A DNA stretch of 64,000 nt from Thermoplasmatota archaeon (GTDB lineage Archaea > Thermoplasmatota > Penumbrarchaeia > Penumbrarchaeales > Penumbrarchaeaceae): assembly GCA_049472195.1 (NCBI GenBank), contig JBLIRG010000001.1:20522-84521 (forward strand), in the 5' to 3' direction. Within the stretch, counting starts at the first letter, position 1; each line of letters starts with the position of its first letter. Positions 55,215 to 64,000 of this stretch are shown here, piece by piece. The translations under genes were made by a program, and so were the position numbers. Under the pieces are notes generated by a model. That model was not told the origin of the DNA, made no database searches, and saw only the letters and a program-made list of their open reading frames with translations.

Positions 55215-57299
55215 ATGAGCAGGAGAATAGAGAAACACCCGATTCTTGAAGTTCCGGGGAGAAAGGAGGTGCCGTTCACCTGGAACGGAAGGGAGATGAC
55301 CGGTATCGAGGGGGAGATGCTCTCGTCGGCCCTGATCGCAAACGGAGTGGACATTTTCGGACACCATCCCAAGGATAAAAGCCCCCAGGGCATCTTCTGC
55401 GCCAACGGCCAGTGCGCCCAATGCCTCGTCATCGCAGACGGACTTCCCCAGAAATCCTGCATGACGCCCCTGGAAGAGGGCATGGAGGTCAGAAGCGTCG
55501 AGGGGCTTCCCGATCTTCCCGCCGACAACGATCCGGGGGAGATGTCGGAGATCCCGATCCGGGACGTCGATGTTCTGATCATAGGCGGAGGCCCATCGGG
55601 ATTATCGGCTGCCGTCGAGCTCGGGGAGAAGGGGGTCGACACCCTGATCATCGACGACAAGGACCGGCTCGGTGGAAAGCTCGTTCTGCAGACCCACAAG
55701 TTCTTCGGATCCGTGAAGGATTCCTACGCCGGGACCAGGGGGTTCGAGATCGGGAACATCCTCGAGAGGAAGGTAAGCGAGCTTCAGAGCGTTGAGGTTT
55801 GGTTGCAGACTACGGCGGTGGGCGTCTTCTCCGACAAGATCGTTGGAGCGGTCAGGAGCGGCACATACGTGAAGATCAGACCGAAAAAAATGCTGGTCGC
55901 CACCGGGGCCAGGGAGAAGATGCTCTCCTTTCCCGGGAACACCCTCCCCGGCGTTTACGGGGCGGGAGCCTTCCAGACTCTCGTGAACAGGGATCTGGTC
56001 AGATCGTCGGACAGGGTTCTGATCGTCGGGGGAGGGAACGTGGGCCTGATCGCCGGATACCACGCCATTCAGGCCGGGATCGAGGTGGTTGCTCTCGTGG
56101 AAGCCCTACCGCAGGTCGGAGGGTACAAGGTCCACGCTGACAAGCTGAGAAGGCTGGGCGTCCCCGTATTCACCGGGCACACCGTCGTATCCGCCCACGG
56201 CCGGGACAGGGTGGAATCGGTGGTGATAGCCCGGCTCGACAGTTCATGGAACATAGTCCCGGGAACGCACAGGTCCTACGAGGTGGACACGGTTCTGATC
56301 GCGGTGGGCCTCGATCCCGTGGACGAGTTCCATAAAAAAGGGAAAGCGTGGGGGATGGATGTTTACTCCGCCGGAGACGCCCAGGAGATCGCGGAGGCTT
56401 CCGCGGCCATGTTCACAGGGAAGATCGAGGGGCACAAGATCGCAAAGGCACTGGGGCTCGACGTCGGCGATGCTCCTTCCGAGTGGGATGAGAAAGCGGC
56501 GATCCTGAAATCGAAACCGGGCCCGACGCGCACCAGGGAGGATGCGAAGGACGATCACGGGGTGTTCCCCGTTTTCCACTGCTCCCAGGAGGTTCCCTGC
56601 AACCCGTGTACCTCGGTATGCCCCGTGGGAGTGATCAGGACGGAGAAGGACAGCATCACCGGGCTTCCGTATACGGTTGACCGCTCGAAATGCATCGGAT
56701 GTCTCAGCTGCGCGGCGATATGCCCCGGACTCGCGGTCAGCGTGGTGGATTTCAGGAAGGACCCCGATAGGCCAACGGTCACTCTCCCGTACGAGATCTG
56801 GAGGGACAAGGTCGGGGAAGGGACCTTGATCCCAGTTACGGACAACGATGCGGCGATACTGGGATACTATCCCGTCGAGAAGGTAATATCGAATCCCAGA
56901 TACCCGGGAACCCTGCTGGTCCAGGTGAAGATGGAGCCAGAGATGGCACGGAAGGCCATCGGGATCTGGGTCAAGGAGAAGGAGGTGGAGCCCTCCGAGG
57001 TGTACGAGAAGGGATCCCTCCCCGACGAAGCGGTCATATGCAGGTGCGAGAGGGTCACGGCGGGCGAGATCAGGGAAGCGATCAGATCCGGTTGCAGGGA
57101 CATGAACCAGCTGAAGGCCCTGAACAGGGCCGGAATGGGAGCCTGCGGCTCGAAGACGTGCAGATCGATGATCTACAGGATCTTCAGGGAGGAGGGGGTG
57201 GATCTCGGGGAGATCACGGACCGGACGGACAGACCGCTCTTCGTGGAGGTCCCCATGGGGGCTTTTGCGGGGATCCGGGGAGGTGGCTCCCGTGAGTGA
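55215..57299 (+). CDS. Fused FAD/Fe-S oxidoreductase, sarcosine oxidase/L-proline dehydrogenase alpha-type: 2Fe-2S, pyridine-nucleotide oxidoreductase, 4Fe-4S dicluster and BFD-like domains
   Basis: FCANGQCAQC...SC, IGGGPSGL, ATGAREK, GGGNVGL, CSQEVPCNPCTSVCP, CIGCLSCAAICP, ICRCERVT...GMGACGSKTC. Confidence 0.9.
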   Translation: MSRRIEKHPILEVPGRKEVPFTWNGREMTGIEGEMLSSALIANGVDIFGHHPKDKSPQGIFCANGQCAQCLVIADGLPQKSCMTPLEEGMEVRSVEGLPDLPADNDPGEMSEIPIRDVDVLIIGGGPSGLSAAVELGEKGVDTLIIDDKDRLGGKLVLQTHKFFGSVKDSYAGTRGFEIGNILERKVSELQSVEVWLQTTAVGVFSDKIVGAVRSGTYVKIRPKKMLVATGAREKMLSFPGNTLPGVYGAGAFQTLVNRDLVRSSDRVLIVGGGNVGLIAGYHAIQAGIEVVALVEALPQVGGYKVHADKLRRLGVPVFTGHTVVSAHGRDRVESVVIARLDSSWNIVPGTHRSYEVDTVLIAVGLDPVDEFHKKGKAWGMDVYSAGDAQEIAEASAAMFTGKIEGHKIAKALGLDVGDAPSEWDEKAAILKSKPGPTRTREDAKDDHGVFPVFHCSQEVPCNPCTSVCPVGVIRTEKDSITGLPYTVDRSKCIGCLSCAAICPGLAVSVVDFRKDPDRPTVTLPYEIWRDKVGEGTLIPVTDNDAAILGYYPVEKVISNPRYPGTLLVQVKMEPEMARKAIGIWVKEKEVEPSEVYEKGSLPDEAVICRCERVTAGEIREAIRSGCRDMNQLKALNRAGMGACGSKTCRSMIYRIFREEGVDLGEITDRTDRPLFVEVPMGAFAGIRGGGSRE

Positions 57300-58443
57300 A
57301 TACGAGGTGATCGTGATAGGAGCGGGCTCTGTCGGCGTGCCGATATCGATGTCTCTCGGTGAGATGGGGATCAAGACGCTCGTATTGGACAGGGCCGCTT
57401 CCCCCGGGCAGGGGGAGAACAAACACGCGATCGGGGGTATTAGGGCAACACACTCCGATCCCGCCAAGATCCTGACCTGCCTCAGGTCGCTGGAGATCTT
57501 CTCCACCTGGGAGGAGAAGGAGGGGGACGATATCGAATGGATGAAGGGCGGATACACATTCCCGGTTTACAGGACGGAGGAGGAGAAGTCCCTGAAATCC
57601 ATTCTACCAGTTCAGAAGAATTTCGGCCTCAACATCGATTTCGTCGGTGCCGACAGGATCATGGAGGTCGTGCCGGGTATCAATCCTGAAGGATTGATGG
57701 GGGGTACGTTCTCTCCCGACGACGGATCGTCCTCCCCCCTGCTGGCGGTGAACGCGTTCTACCGCAAGGCCGTCGAGCACTCGGTGGATTTCAGGTTCTC
57801 GGAGGAGGTATTGAAGATCGTTGCCGAGAACGGGAAGGTTGCCGGCGTGAGAACGGATTCCGGCAGGTACGATGCGCCGGTCGTCGTCGACGCGGCCGGT
57901 CCTTACTCTCCGGGACTGGCCAGTGATCTGGGGATCGATCTTCCGGTCGTACCCGACTCCCACGAGGGGGCCATCACCGAACCGGTCGGTATGTTCTGCC
58001 CGTCCATGGTCGTTGACCTCAGGCCGGCGCCTGGGTCGAAGAACTATTACTTCTATCAGAACATCCATGGACAGTTCGTGTTCTGCATAACCCCCGATCC
58101 CCCTATCGTGGGGATGAACAAGAACGAGACATCGGTCTTCCTTCCCCAGGTGGCGAGAAGGATGGTGAACCTTCTCCCAAGGTTGAAGAACATCAGGGTG
58201 AGGAGGGTGTGGAGGGGGCTGTATCCCATGACCCCAGACGGATCCCCGATCGTTGGCTGGAGCCGGGAGATCGACGGCCTTCTGCACGCGACCGGAATGT
58301 GCGGTCAGGGATTCATGATCGGACCGGGGCTCGGCGAGGTTGCCGCCAGGCTCGTTGCGGGTAGGAAAAATGAAAATGACAATACGATCCTGGAAGGATT
58401 CGATCCCTACCGAAAGTTCGGAGGTGCCGAGGCTCTCAAGTGA
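57292..58443 (+). CDS. FAD-dependent amino-acid oxidoreductase, sarcosine oxidase beta/proline dehydrogenase catalytic subunit (DAO family)
   Basis: IVIGAGSVG, VVDAAG, RRVWRGLYPMTPDGSPIVG, GMCGQGFMIGP; overlaps the alpha-subunit stop; GGAGGTG RBS. Confidence 0.9.
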   Translation: MSEYEVIVIGAGSVGVPISMSLGEMGIKTLVLDRAASPGQGENKHAIGGIRATHSDPAKILTCLRSLEIFSTWEEKEGDDIEWMKGGYTFPVYRTEEEKSLKSILPVQKNFGLNIDFVGADRIMEVVPGINPEGLMGGTFSPDDGSSSPLLAVNAFYRKAVEHSVDFRFSEEVLKIVAENGKVAGVRTDSGRYDAPVVVDAAGPYSPGLASDLGIDLPVVPDSHEGAITEPVGMFCPSMVVDLRPAPGSKNYYFYQNIHGQFVFCITPDPPIVGMNKNETSVFLPQVARRMVNLLPRLKNIRVRRVWRGLYPMTPDGSPIVGWSREIDGLLHATGMCGQGFMIGPGLGEVAARLVAGRKNENDNTILEGFDPYRKFGGAEALK

Positions 58444-59377
58444 TCATCGTCCCGGCCTTTCCCTCGAGCGCCAGGTACCCGTTCTCTATGGATGATATGA
58501 TCACCCTTTCACCTCCGCCTTCCAGGAAATGAACTGCCGACTCTATCTTCGGACCCATGGATCCCTTAGGGAACTGACCGGATTCAAGGTATGTTCTGGC
58601 CTCTTCTGCAGACATCCTGTCGATCTTCCTCTGATCATCCTCCCCGAAGTTGACGTACACCCCGTCGGTGTCCGTCAGGATCAGAAGGGTGTCCGCACCG
58701 ATGTCCAGGCCGAGGACCGCCGATGCCCGGTCCTTGTCGATAACGGCATCAACACCCTCGTACCTTCCATCCTCCATGGCATAGACCGGGATCCCCCCTC
58801 CTCCGGCGGCGATCACGATCCTGCCGGAGTACGCGAGCTCCCTTATGATCCCGCAGTTTATGATCTTCAGCGGTTTTGGAGAGGGAACGACCCTTCTCCA
58901 TCCCCTGCCGGGATCTTCCTTTATCTGCCATCCCATCTCCTCGGAGAGCTTGTTGGCAGTCTCCTCGTCGTAGAACTGACCAACGAATTTATTGGGATCC
59001 GCTATGGAGGGGTCACCGGGGTCCACCAGAACCTGGGTTACGATCGTTACGACTTCCCTCTCGATATTCTCCTTCATCAACCCGTTCTGAAGGGACTGCT
59101 CGATCATGTAGCCGATGCCCCCTTCGGTATCGGCCACGAGGACGCCCAGGGGAAGGTCTGGGGCGTATTTCCGGGCCATCTCAACCCTGAGGAGCTTGTT
59201 TCCGACCTGGGGTCCGTTACCGTGGGTGATCACCAGGCGGTAGCCCTTCCTGGCCATGTCGATTATGGGGGGAAGGCTCTCCCTGGTATGCTTGAACTGG
59301 TTGGCAATCGTATCGGGGACGCCCTTTTTGGTGATCGCGTTGCCTCCCAGGGCAACGACAACTGTCCTGCCGGTCAT
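58436..59377 (-). CDS. arcC: Carbamate kinase
   Basis: VVALGGNA, ITHGNGPQVG, WRRVVPSPKP, GGGGIPV, AVIDKD, FPKGSMGPK. Confidence 0.96.
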   Translation of the reverse strand: MTGRTVVVALGGNAITKKGVPDTIANQFKHTRESLPPIIDMARKGYRLVITHGNGPQVGNKLLRVEMARKYAPDLPLGVLVADTEGGIGYMIEQSLQNGLMKENIEREVVTIVTQVLVDPGDPSIADPNKFVGQFYDEETANKLSEEMGWQIKEDPGRGWRRVVPSPKPLKIINCGIIRELAYSGRIVIAAGGGGIPVYAMEDGRYEGVDAVIDKDRASAVLGLDIGADTLLILTDTDGVYVNFGEDDQRKIDRMSAEEARTYLESGQFPKGSMGPKIESAVHFLEGGGERVIISSIENGYLALEGKAGTMIT

Positions 59378-59496
59378 AACAATATCCTCTTGTTCCGAAT
59401 TCCTGGGAATTGAGATAATGTACGAATTGCGTATATATATTTCGACGGGATTCGGGAGAATGATAACAAACTGTCCCTGAAAACGGAGTTGATATC

Positions 59497-59847
59497 ATGG
59501 GTAGAAAGGTTGCACTATTCGCCTTCAACGGGGAGACCATGTGCTTCGTGCACGTTCTGATCAATGCGATCGACATGGTGGAGAGGAATTACGACGTGAA
59601 GCTGATAATAGAGGGGGCCGCCTGCAGGCAGGTTAAGGAGCTCTCCGATCCGGAGAAACCGTTCTCTAACATTTACCGCAAGGTCGTTGAATTGGGGATC
59701 CTCGACTGCGTGTGCAAGGCATGCTCCAACAAGATGGGATCTCTGGACAGCGCCCTGGAGCAGAACCTGAATATCTGCGGGGAGCTTGGAGGCCACCCAA
59801 GCATAGCCAGGTACATGGAGGACGGATACGAGGTGCTCACATTCTGA
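59497..59847 (+). CDS. DsrE-like small protein
   Basis: FAFNGETMCFVHVLINA, KLIIEG, CVCKACS, GHPSIARYMEDGYEVLTF. Confidence 0.8.
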   Translation: MGRKVALFAFNGETMCFVHVLINAIDMVERNYDVKLIIEGAACRQVKELSDPEKPFSNIYRKVVELGILDCVCKACSNKMGSLDSALEQNLNICGELGGHPSIARYMEDGYEVLTF

Positions 59848-59923
59848 TCGGCATATTTTGGGATAGCATCGACGGGATCCGGTGAAGGATGATCGCGGAG
59901 ATCCCGCCGATCTCCCGATCCGT

Positions 59924-60151
59924 TCATTTCTTTTTCAACTCTTCTATGGCCTCCTGTACTCCCCTGGATTCCTTTTCCAGCCATTCCCCGTACTTCTCGA
60001 GCAATTCGATCTTCTCCTCTTTGGTCGGGAAATGCCTGCATTCCATCGAGGGCCCGTGTCCCATTCCATGTCCTCCGTGGCATCCCGTAAAGGGATCCAT
60101 GCCCATCATCATTCCGCATCTCATTCCGTGTCTTCCGTGGTGTCCGTGCAT
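59924..60151 (-). CDS. Small His/Met/Cys/Gly-rich protein with C-terminal coiled coil (DUF5320-like)
   Basis: MHGHHGRHGMRCGMMMG...RHFPTKEEKIELLEKYGEWLEKE...IEELKKK; AGGAGG RBS. Confidence 0.8.
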   Translation of the reverse strand: MHGHHGRHGMRCGMMMGMDPFTGCHGGHGMGHGPSMECRHFPTKEEKIELLEKYGEWLEKESRGVQEAIEELKKK

Positions 60152-60166
60152 GTTATTTGCCTCCTT

Positions 60167-60279
60167 TATCGGTAAACTGATATCGGTTTTCCAATATCGG
60201 AAATACGATACTGGTATTTTTAACTATCGGTTTTCCGATAGATCATGCTGTGAATCGTATATATATCGGGATTCCGATA
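60167..60279. promoter_or_regulatory. Five copies of the palindrome TATCGG-N4-CCGATA, putative PadR operators
   Basis: Copies start at 60167, 60181, 60195 (14-bp period, one mismatch each in the right arm), 60225 and 60264 (perfect arms). Confidence 0.8.
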
Positions 60280-60286
60280 GGGTCTC

Positions 60287-60625
60287 ATGCATCATCCCCG
60301 GCACATGATGAGGGGATTCCTCTCTTTCATGGTCATGTGGATCCTCAGAAACGAACCCAAAACCGGTATGGAGATAGCCAGGGAGCTGGAGGAGAGAAAG
60401 GGGAACCGGCCCAGCCCGGGAACCATCTATCCTGTGTTGAAGGTCATGACCATGAAAGGACTGCTGAGGGTTGATGACGATAAGAGATACTCACTCACCG
60501 ATCTGGGAAGGGAGGAACTGGATAACTCCCTGGATCATTTCTTCACGATGTTCTTCGATATCAACGAGATGAGAGAACACTGCAGATGCGGTGGCAGCGG
60601 TGAGAACTGCCCCCATGACAGATGA
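60287..60625 (+). CDS. PadR-family transcriptional regulator
   Basis: RGFLSFMVMWIL, GMEIARELEERKG..PSPGTIYPVLK, YSLTDLGREEL. Confidence 0.92.
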   Translation: MHHPRHMMRGFLSFMVMWILRNEPKTGMEIARELEERKGNRPSPGTIYPVLKVMTMKGLLRVDDDKRYSLTDLGREELDNSLDHFFTMFFDINEMREHCRCGGSGENCPHDR

Positions 60626-60679
60626 CCTTGAAATGAAATTGGGTATTGATTATTTGTTGTTTTGGAGAATACATCTGGG

Positions 60680-61813
60680 TCAGACAATGGCTCCGTATGT
60701 TTCCAGAGATGGTATGTTGGGGCTCCTCACCTCGAGATAATCGTCGAGCCAGCATGCCTCCGGATTCCTCCTGAATATCATCACCCTTCTCTCATCATCC
60801 CCGTGGGCAGCGTTGTGAAACTTGAAGATCACCTGATCCTCGGTCATCGCGGCGATCTCGATCTTTCCCAGCGTATGGGACATGATGAACTTGGATCTCT
60901 TTGCAAGACCGGATACCTCGGACTTCGCCCTCTCGAAGATCTCGTAACCCTCCTCGATCGGAACGACGAAGGGTCGGTTTCCAACCGTGGGCCTGCACTG
61001 GAATACGTAATAAGGGGGAATCCCGCAGGAGGCAAGCTTGTTGAAGAGCTCCTTCAGCGTCCTGACGTCATCGTTCACACCCCTCAGAAGAGGCGTCTGA
61101 TTGGAAAGCACCGCTCCCGCACCCTGCAGGAGATCGATCGCTTTCAGGCTCTCTTTCGTGATCTCCCTCGGATGGTTGATGTCCGTGATTATATACAGCT
61201 TGCGGTCGGATTTGGAGAACTCTCGTATCAACTCGATCAGTTCCGGATCCTCCGTGATCCGAAACGGATCGTACACGGGGATCTTCGAACCTATCCGGGC
61301 ATACCTTATGTGATCGATGCTGTGAAGCTCTTTCAGGACCTCCCTCAACCTCTTCGTGGACAATGCGAAGGGATCCCCTCCGGAGATAAGGACGTTGTTG
61401 ATCTCCCTGTGCTGGCGGAGGTACTCCATGATGGGTTTGAGATCCGTTGTAGCGTCATGGTTGCCCCTCATGAACAGCCTTTTCCTGAAGCAGAACCGGC
61501 ACAATCCCCCGCATGCCTGGCTAATGAGGAGCAGGGCTGTCGGTCCGTATTTGTGCTCGAGCCCCCTGCAGATCGTGTACCTCTTCTCGTTTGACGGATC
61601 GAGAGACCCCCCCTCCATTATCTCACCGGGGGTGGGAACGACGATCCGCCTTATGGGATCGTCTGGATCGTTCCAGTCTATCAGGTTCAGGTAGTAATCG
61701 TTGGCGTAGAAGCCGTACCGATCCTCCACTTCCGCGATCTCCTCCAATTCATCGGGGGGAATTCCCTCGATATCACTAACTCTCCTGTGGTACTTCGGCC
61801 TCAAGCAATCCAC
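60680..61813 (-). CDS. KamA-family radical SAM protein (lysine 2,3-aminomutase-like)
   Basis: GLEHKYGPTAL, CGGLCRFCFRKR, VLISGGDP, INHPREIT, NQTPLLRGVNDD, PYYVFQC; GTG start with GGAGG. Confidence 0.92.
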   Translation of the reverse strand: MDCLRPKYHRRVSDIEGIPPDELEEIAEVEDRYGFYANDYYLNLIDWNDPDDPIRRIVVPTPGEIMEGGSLDPSNEKRYTICRGLEHKYGPTALLLISQACGGLCRFCFRKRLFMRGNHDATTDLKPIMEYLRQHREINNVLISGGDPFALSTKRLREVLKELHSIDHIRYARIGSKIPVYDPFRITEDPELIELIREFSKSDRKLYIITDINHPREITKESLKAIDLLQGAGAVLSNQTPLLRGVNDDVRTLKELFNKLASCGIPPYYVFQCRPTVGNRPFVVPIEEGYEIFERAKSEVSGLAKRSKFIMSHTLGKIEIAAMTEDQVIFKFHNAAHGDDERRVMIFRRNPEACWLDDYLEVRSPNIPSLETYGAIV

Positions 61814-62168
61814 TTCCTCCCCCTCTGCAACTTGGACGGATCGGGTTCAATCGTTCACCTGGTGATCGATTAACAAGGGAACCTGATCTCTCTATGTCGA
61901 TTCTGGTCCTAATTTTTGGGGGAACTATACTATCTGTCATGCGTCCTATAAATAGTTTTTCATGATCAATTCCAATATATCAGTAGTTGGACGGAACAAG
62001 ATAAAACGGGGAAAATTCGAGTGAAAACTTCCATCTGGAATATATGGTCAGTTTCCACCATATCAGATATCCAATACATCCGAAATGACGGATCATTTTC
62101 GATTTTTGAGAAACAGAAATAAACGGTCAAGCATTCTCTATGAGAAAACCGATTCCGAGTGGATCAGC

Positions 62169-62966
62169 ATGGAGATAGACGAGGAGATCATAGATCAGAT
62201 AAGGAAACAGCTATCGGAGATGAACTGCGAACCTTTTTTTCTCTGCATCAGCGGAAGCGACAACTACGGCTTCTCCTCCGAGAACAACAGCGACGTGGAT
62301 ATCCGGGGAGCTTATTATTTCACCGATCCCAACGACATGTTCAGTCCGGGATTGGAAAGGAAGCTGACAAGGGAGGGCGAATACACCTTCGAAGGCATGA
62401 AGTACGAGTGGCAGATCCACGAGGTGTCGAAATTCCTCAGGCTCATGGGGAAATCAAACATGAACATCTACGATTGGATACATTCAAACGACATCATCCT
62501 TCTCCCCCCGGAATTCTTCGGGATGAATCTGGAATATATCCGGGACAGGTCGAGGGATTTCATATCCCAGAACATGGTGGACCATGCGTTCGGATGGTGC
62601 AAGCACATGCTCAACGAGGACTGGTCCAATCCCAAGAAGATCCTCCACTCGATACGGCCGCTGATGACCTGCCTGGACTTCATCGAGACCGGAAAATACG
62701 AGCCGAACATACAGGTTCTCGTTGAGCGTGATTTCCTGCGCGAATACAAACCACTGATCATGGAACTGATCGATCTCAAGAAGAGCAATCTCAACACCAA
62801 CGTAATCGTCAAGGAGCGGTCCGGAAAATGCTACGACGAGCTCAAGGATAGGATAAGCGGGAAAAGGGACAGGATCCCCGGCCCATCGGCCGATCAGGTG
62901 ATCGTAAAGGCGTTGATCACGGATATCAGATTGAAGACCCTGGCACACTATCGGTATACCAGCTGA
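62169..62966 (+). CDS. Pol-beta-superfamily nucleotidyltransferase (YcgL/RlaP-like)
   Basis: ISGSDNYGFSSENNSDVDIRG, HEVSKFLRLMGKSNMNIYDW, KKILHSIRPLMT. Confidence 0.82.
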   Translation: MEIDEEIIDQIRKQLSEMNCEPFFLCISGSDNYGFSSENNSDVDIRGAYYFTDPNDMFSPGLERKLTREGEYTFEGMKYEWQIHEVSKFLRLMGKSNMNIYDWIHSNDIILLPPEFFGMNLEYIRDRSRDFISQNMVDHAFGWCKHMLNEDWSNPKKILHSIRPLMTCLDFIETGKYEPNIQVLVERDFLREYKPLIMELIDLKKSNLNTNVIVKERSGKCYDELKDRISGKRDRIPGPSADQVIVKALITDIRLKTLAHYRYTS

Positions 62967-62981
62967 ATGTCTATCATTGAT

Positions 62982-64000
62982 TCACAGAGAGAAGTTCGAA
63001 TAGAGAAACGGCATCAGATATTTCACGGCAACCCTTATCCCCCCGGTATTGATCAGATCGGGGAAGGATGAGATCAGCGCCTTTCTACGGGTTTTTCTTT
63101 CGAAGAAATCGTCCGGATCTGATCTTCTCATCATGGTTTCGATGGAATCGACAACCCGGTCCAACGATCCATCGTCGATACGATCGAGTATATCGTTTCT
63201 TATCCTCAACCTTGATCGAAGATCCGGGAGTATTGAACCCTCCATCGAGGAATTGTATTCCAGTAACGGATCCTCCTCCCCGATGCAGGACGCGGCGGAG
63301 GCGCCGGAGATCACGGCGTTCACCATTCCGAATCCAAGAAGTGGATCCGTCAATCTCGCCGCCTCTCCGGTCAGGAGTATCCGGTTTTTTCCAAGGGGCC
63401 CCCCGGCAGTGACCGGCACGCCCCCCATTATCATATTCGAGATCCGGACACCGCCCAATCTGTCCCTGATATCCGGTTGGGACATGAACCGGTTGAGATA
63501 ATCCACCGGTCTTGATCCCGTCCTCATCAGATGCGGCCTCATCGTCGCCACCACCGATACCTCATTTTCGGTGGGGAGGACATACGCATACTCCCCCGGG
63601 CATAGATGGGATCCCAGCCAGCACTCCGCAATACCGGGTTCGAATCCGTGATCCCCCTCGAAATGATAACCTATCCCCACAGCCACATCACGGTTCGAAA
63701 GAGGAGTTGTTATGCCCCTGCCAGCAACGGTCCCCATCCCGTCGGCCCCGATAACGAGGTCGGCCTTCCCGCTCCTGATCCTTTTCCCCTTCCGGTAGGT
63801 GATCCTGCCGTTGTCTTTTGCTTCAAGCACAGTGGTTTCGAATCTGATATCCGCGTCCGATCTCTCCGCTTCCTTCATCAACTGACAGTCCAGGGATCCT
63901 TCTCCTCCTCTTCTGATGAAATAACCGTGGGATCTTCTCAACCTGATCTCGACGGACCTTCCCGAGGGACCGATCAACCTGGCGCCCCTGTATGGATATT
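62982..64000 (-). CDS. Geranylgeranyl reductase-family FAD-dependent oxidoreductase (5' end outside window)
   Basis: LVIGADG, CPGEYAYVLP, LLTGEAARLTDPLLGFGMVNAVISG; reading frame stays open to the window end. Confidence 0.85.
   Translation of the reverse strand, partial: YPYRGARLIGPSGRSVEIRLRRSHGYFIRRGGEGSLDCQLMKEAERSDADIRFETTVLEAKDNGRITYRKGKRIRSGKADLVIGADGMGTVAGRGITTPLSNRDVAVGIGYHFEGDHGFEPGIAECWLGSHLCPGEYAYVLPTENEVSVVATMRPHLMRTGSRPVDYLNRFMSQPDIRDRLGGVRISNMIMGGVPVTAGGPLGKNRILLTGEAARLTDPLLGFGMVNAVISGASAASCIGEEDPLLEYNSSMEGSILPDLRSRLRIRNDILDRIDDGSLDRVVDSIETMMRRSDPDDFFERKTRRKALISSFPDLINTGGIRVAVKYLMPFLYSNFSL

Noticed and set aside
56244..57557. 437-aa minus-strand ORF and similar long antisense ORFs (14860-15921, 20185-21249, 58529-59413, 60662-61594)
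   Set aside because: All lie opposite clearly identified genes and lack motifs.
60167..60279. Periodic repeats considered as a mini CRISPR array
   Set aside because: Units are 16-bp palindromes that overlap or are irregularly spaced, with no unique 30-40 nt spacers and no cas genes; an operator array fits better.
63637..63647. GGTTCGAATCC, resembling a tRNA T-loop
   Set aside because: Inside the reductase CDS (codons for HGFEPG on the minus strand); no cloverleaf around it.

Overview
Gene-dense archaeal chromosomal segment. Archaeal origin is shown by the PolD small subunit, an AglB/STT3 oligosaccharyltransferase, a geranylgeranyl-reductase-family enzyme, TATA-type promoters and GGAGG/GGTGA ribosome-binding sites; assignment to Thermoplasmatota is an inference from gene content. 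Housekeeping and metabolic genes include nrdJ, argF, PolD DP1, hflX, nnr, arcC, a fused proline/sarcosine-dehydrogenase-type pair and a KamA-family radical SAM enzyme. They are mixed with several very large secreted or membrane-anchored surface proteins. I saw no rRNA, tRNA, CRISPR array or IS element. Best leads: (1) a three-gene operon at 37138-41093 encoding a stalked monoheme CxxCH protein, a CxxCH protein fused to a di-heme-b ferric-reductase-type membrane domain, and a 142-aa minimal cytochrome c synthase; (2) two candidate structured RNAs, the nrdJ leader at about 422-538 and an intergenic element at about 31850-31980; (3) two dense operator arrays, next to a tandem-RHH regulator/PolD DP1 pair and next to a PadR/His-Met-Cys-rich peptide pair; (4) apparent CTG initiation of two genes. 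All calls are by eye from motifs; no searches or folding programs were run.
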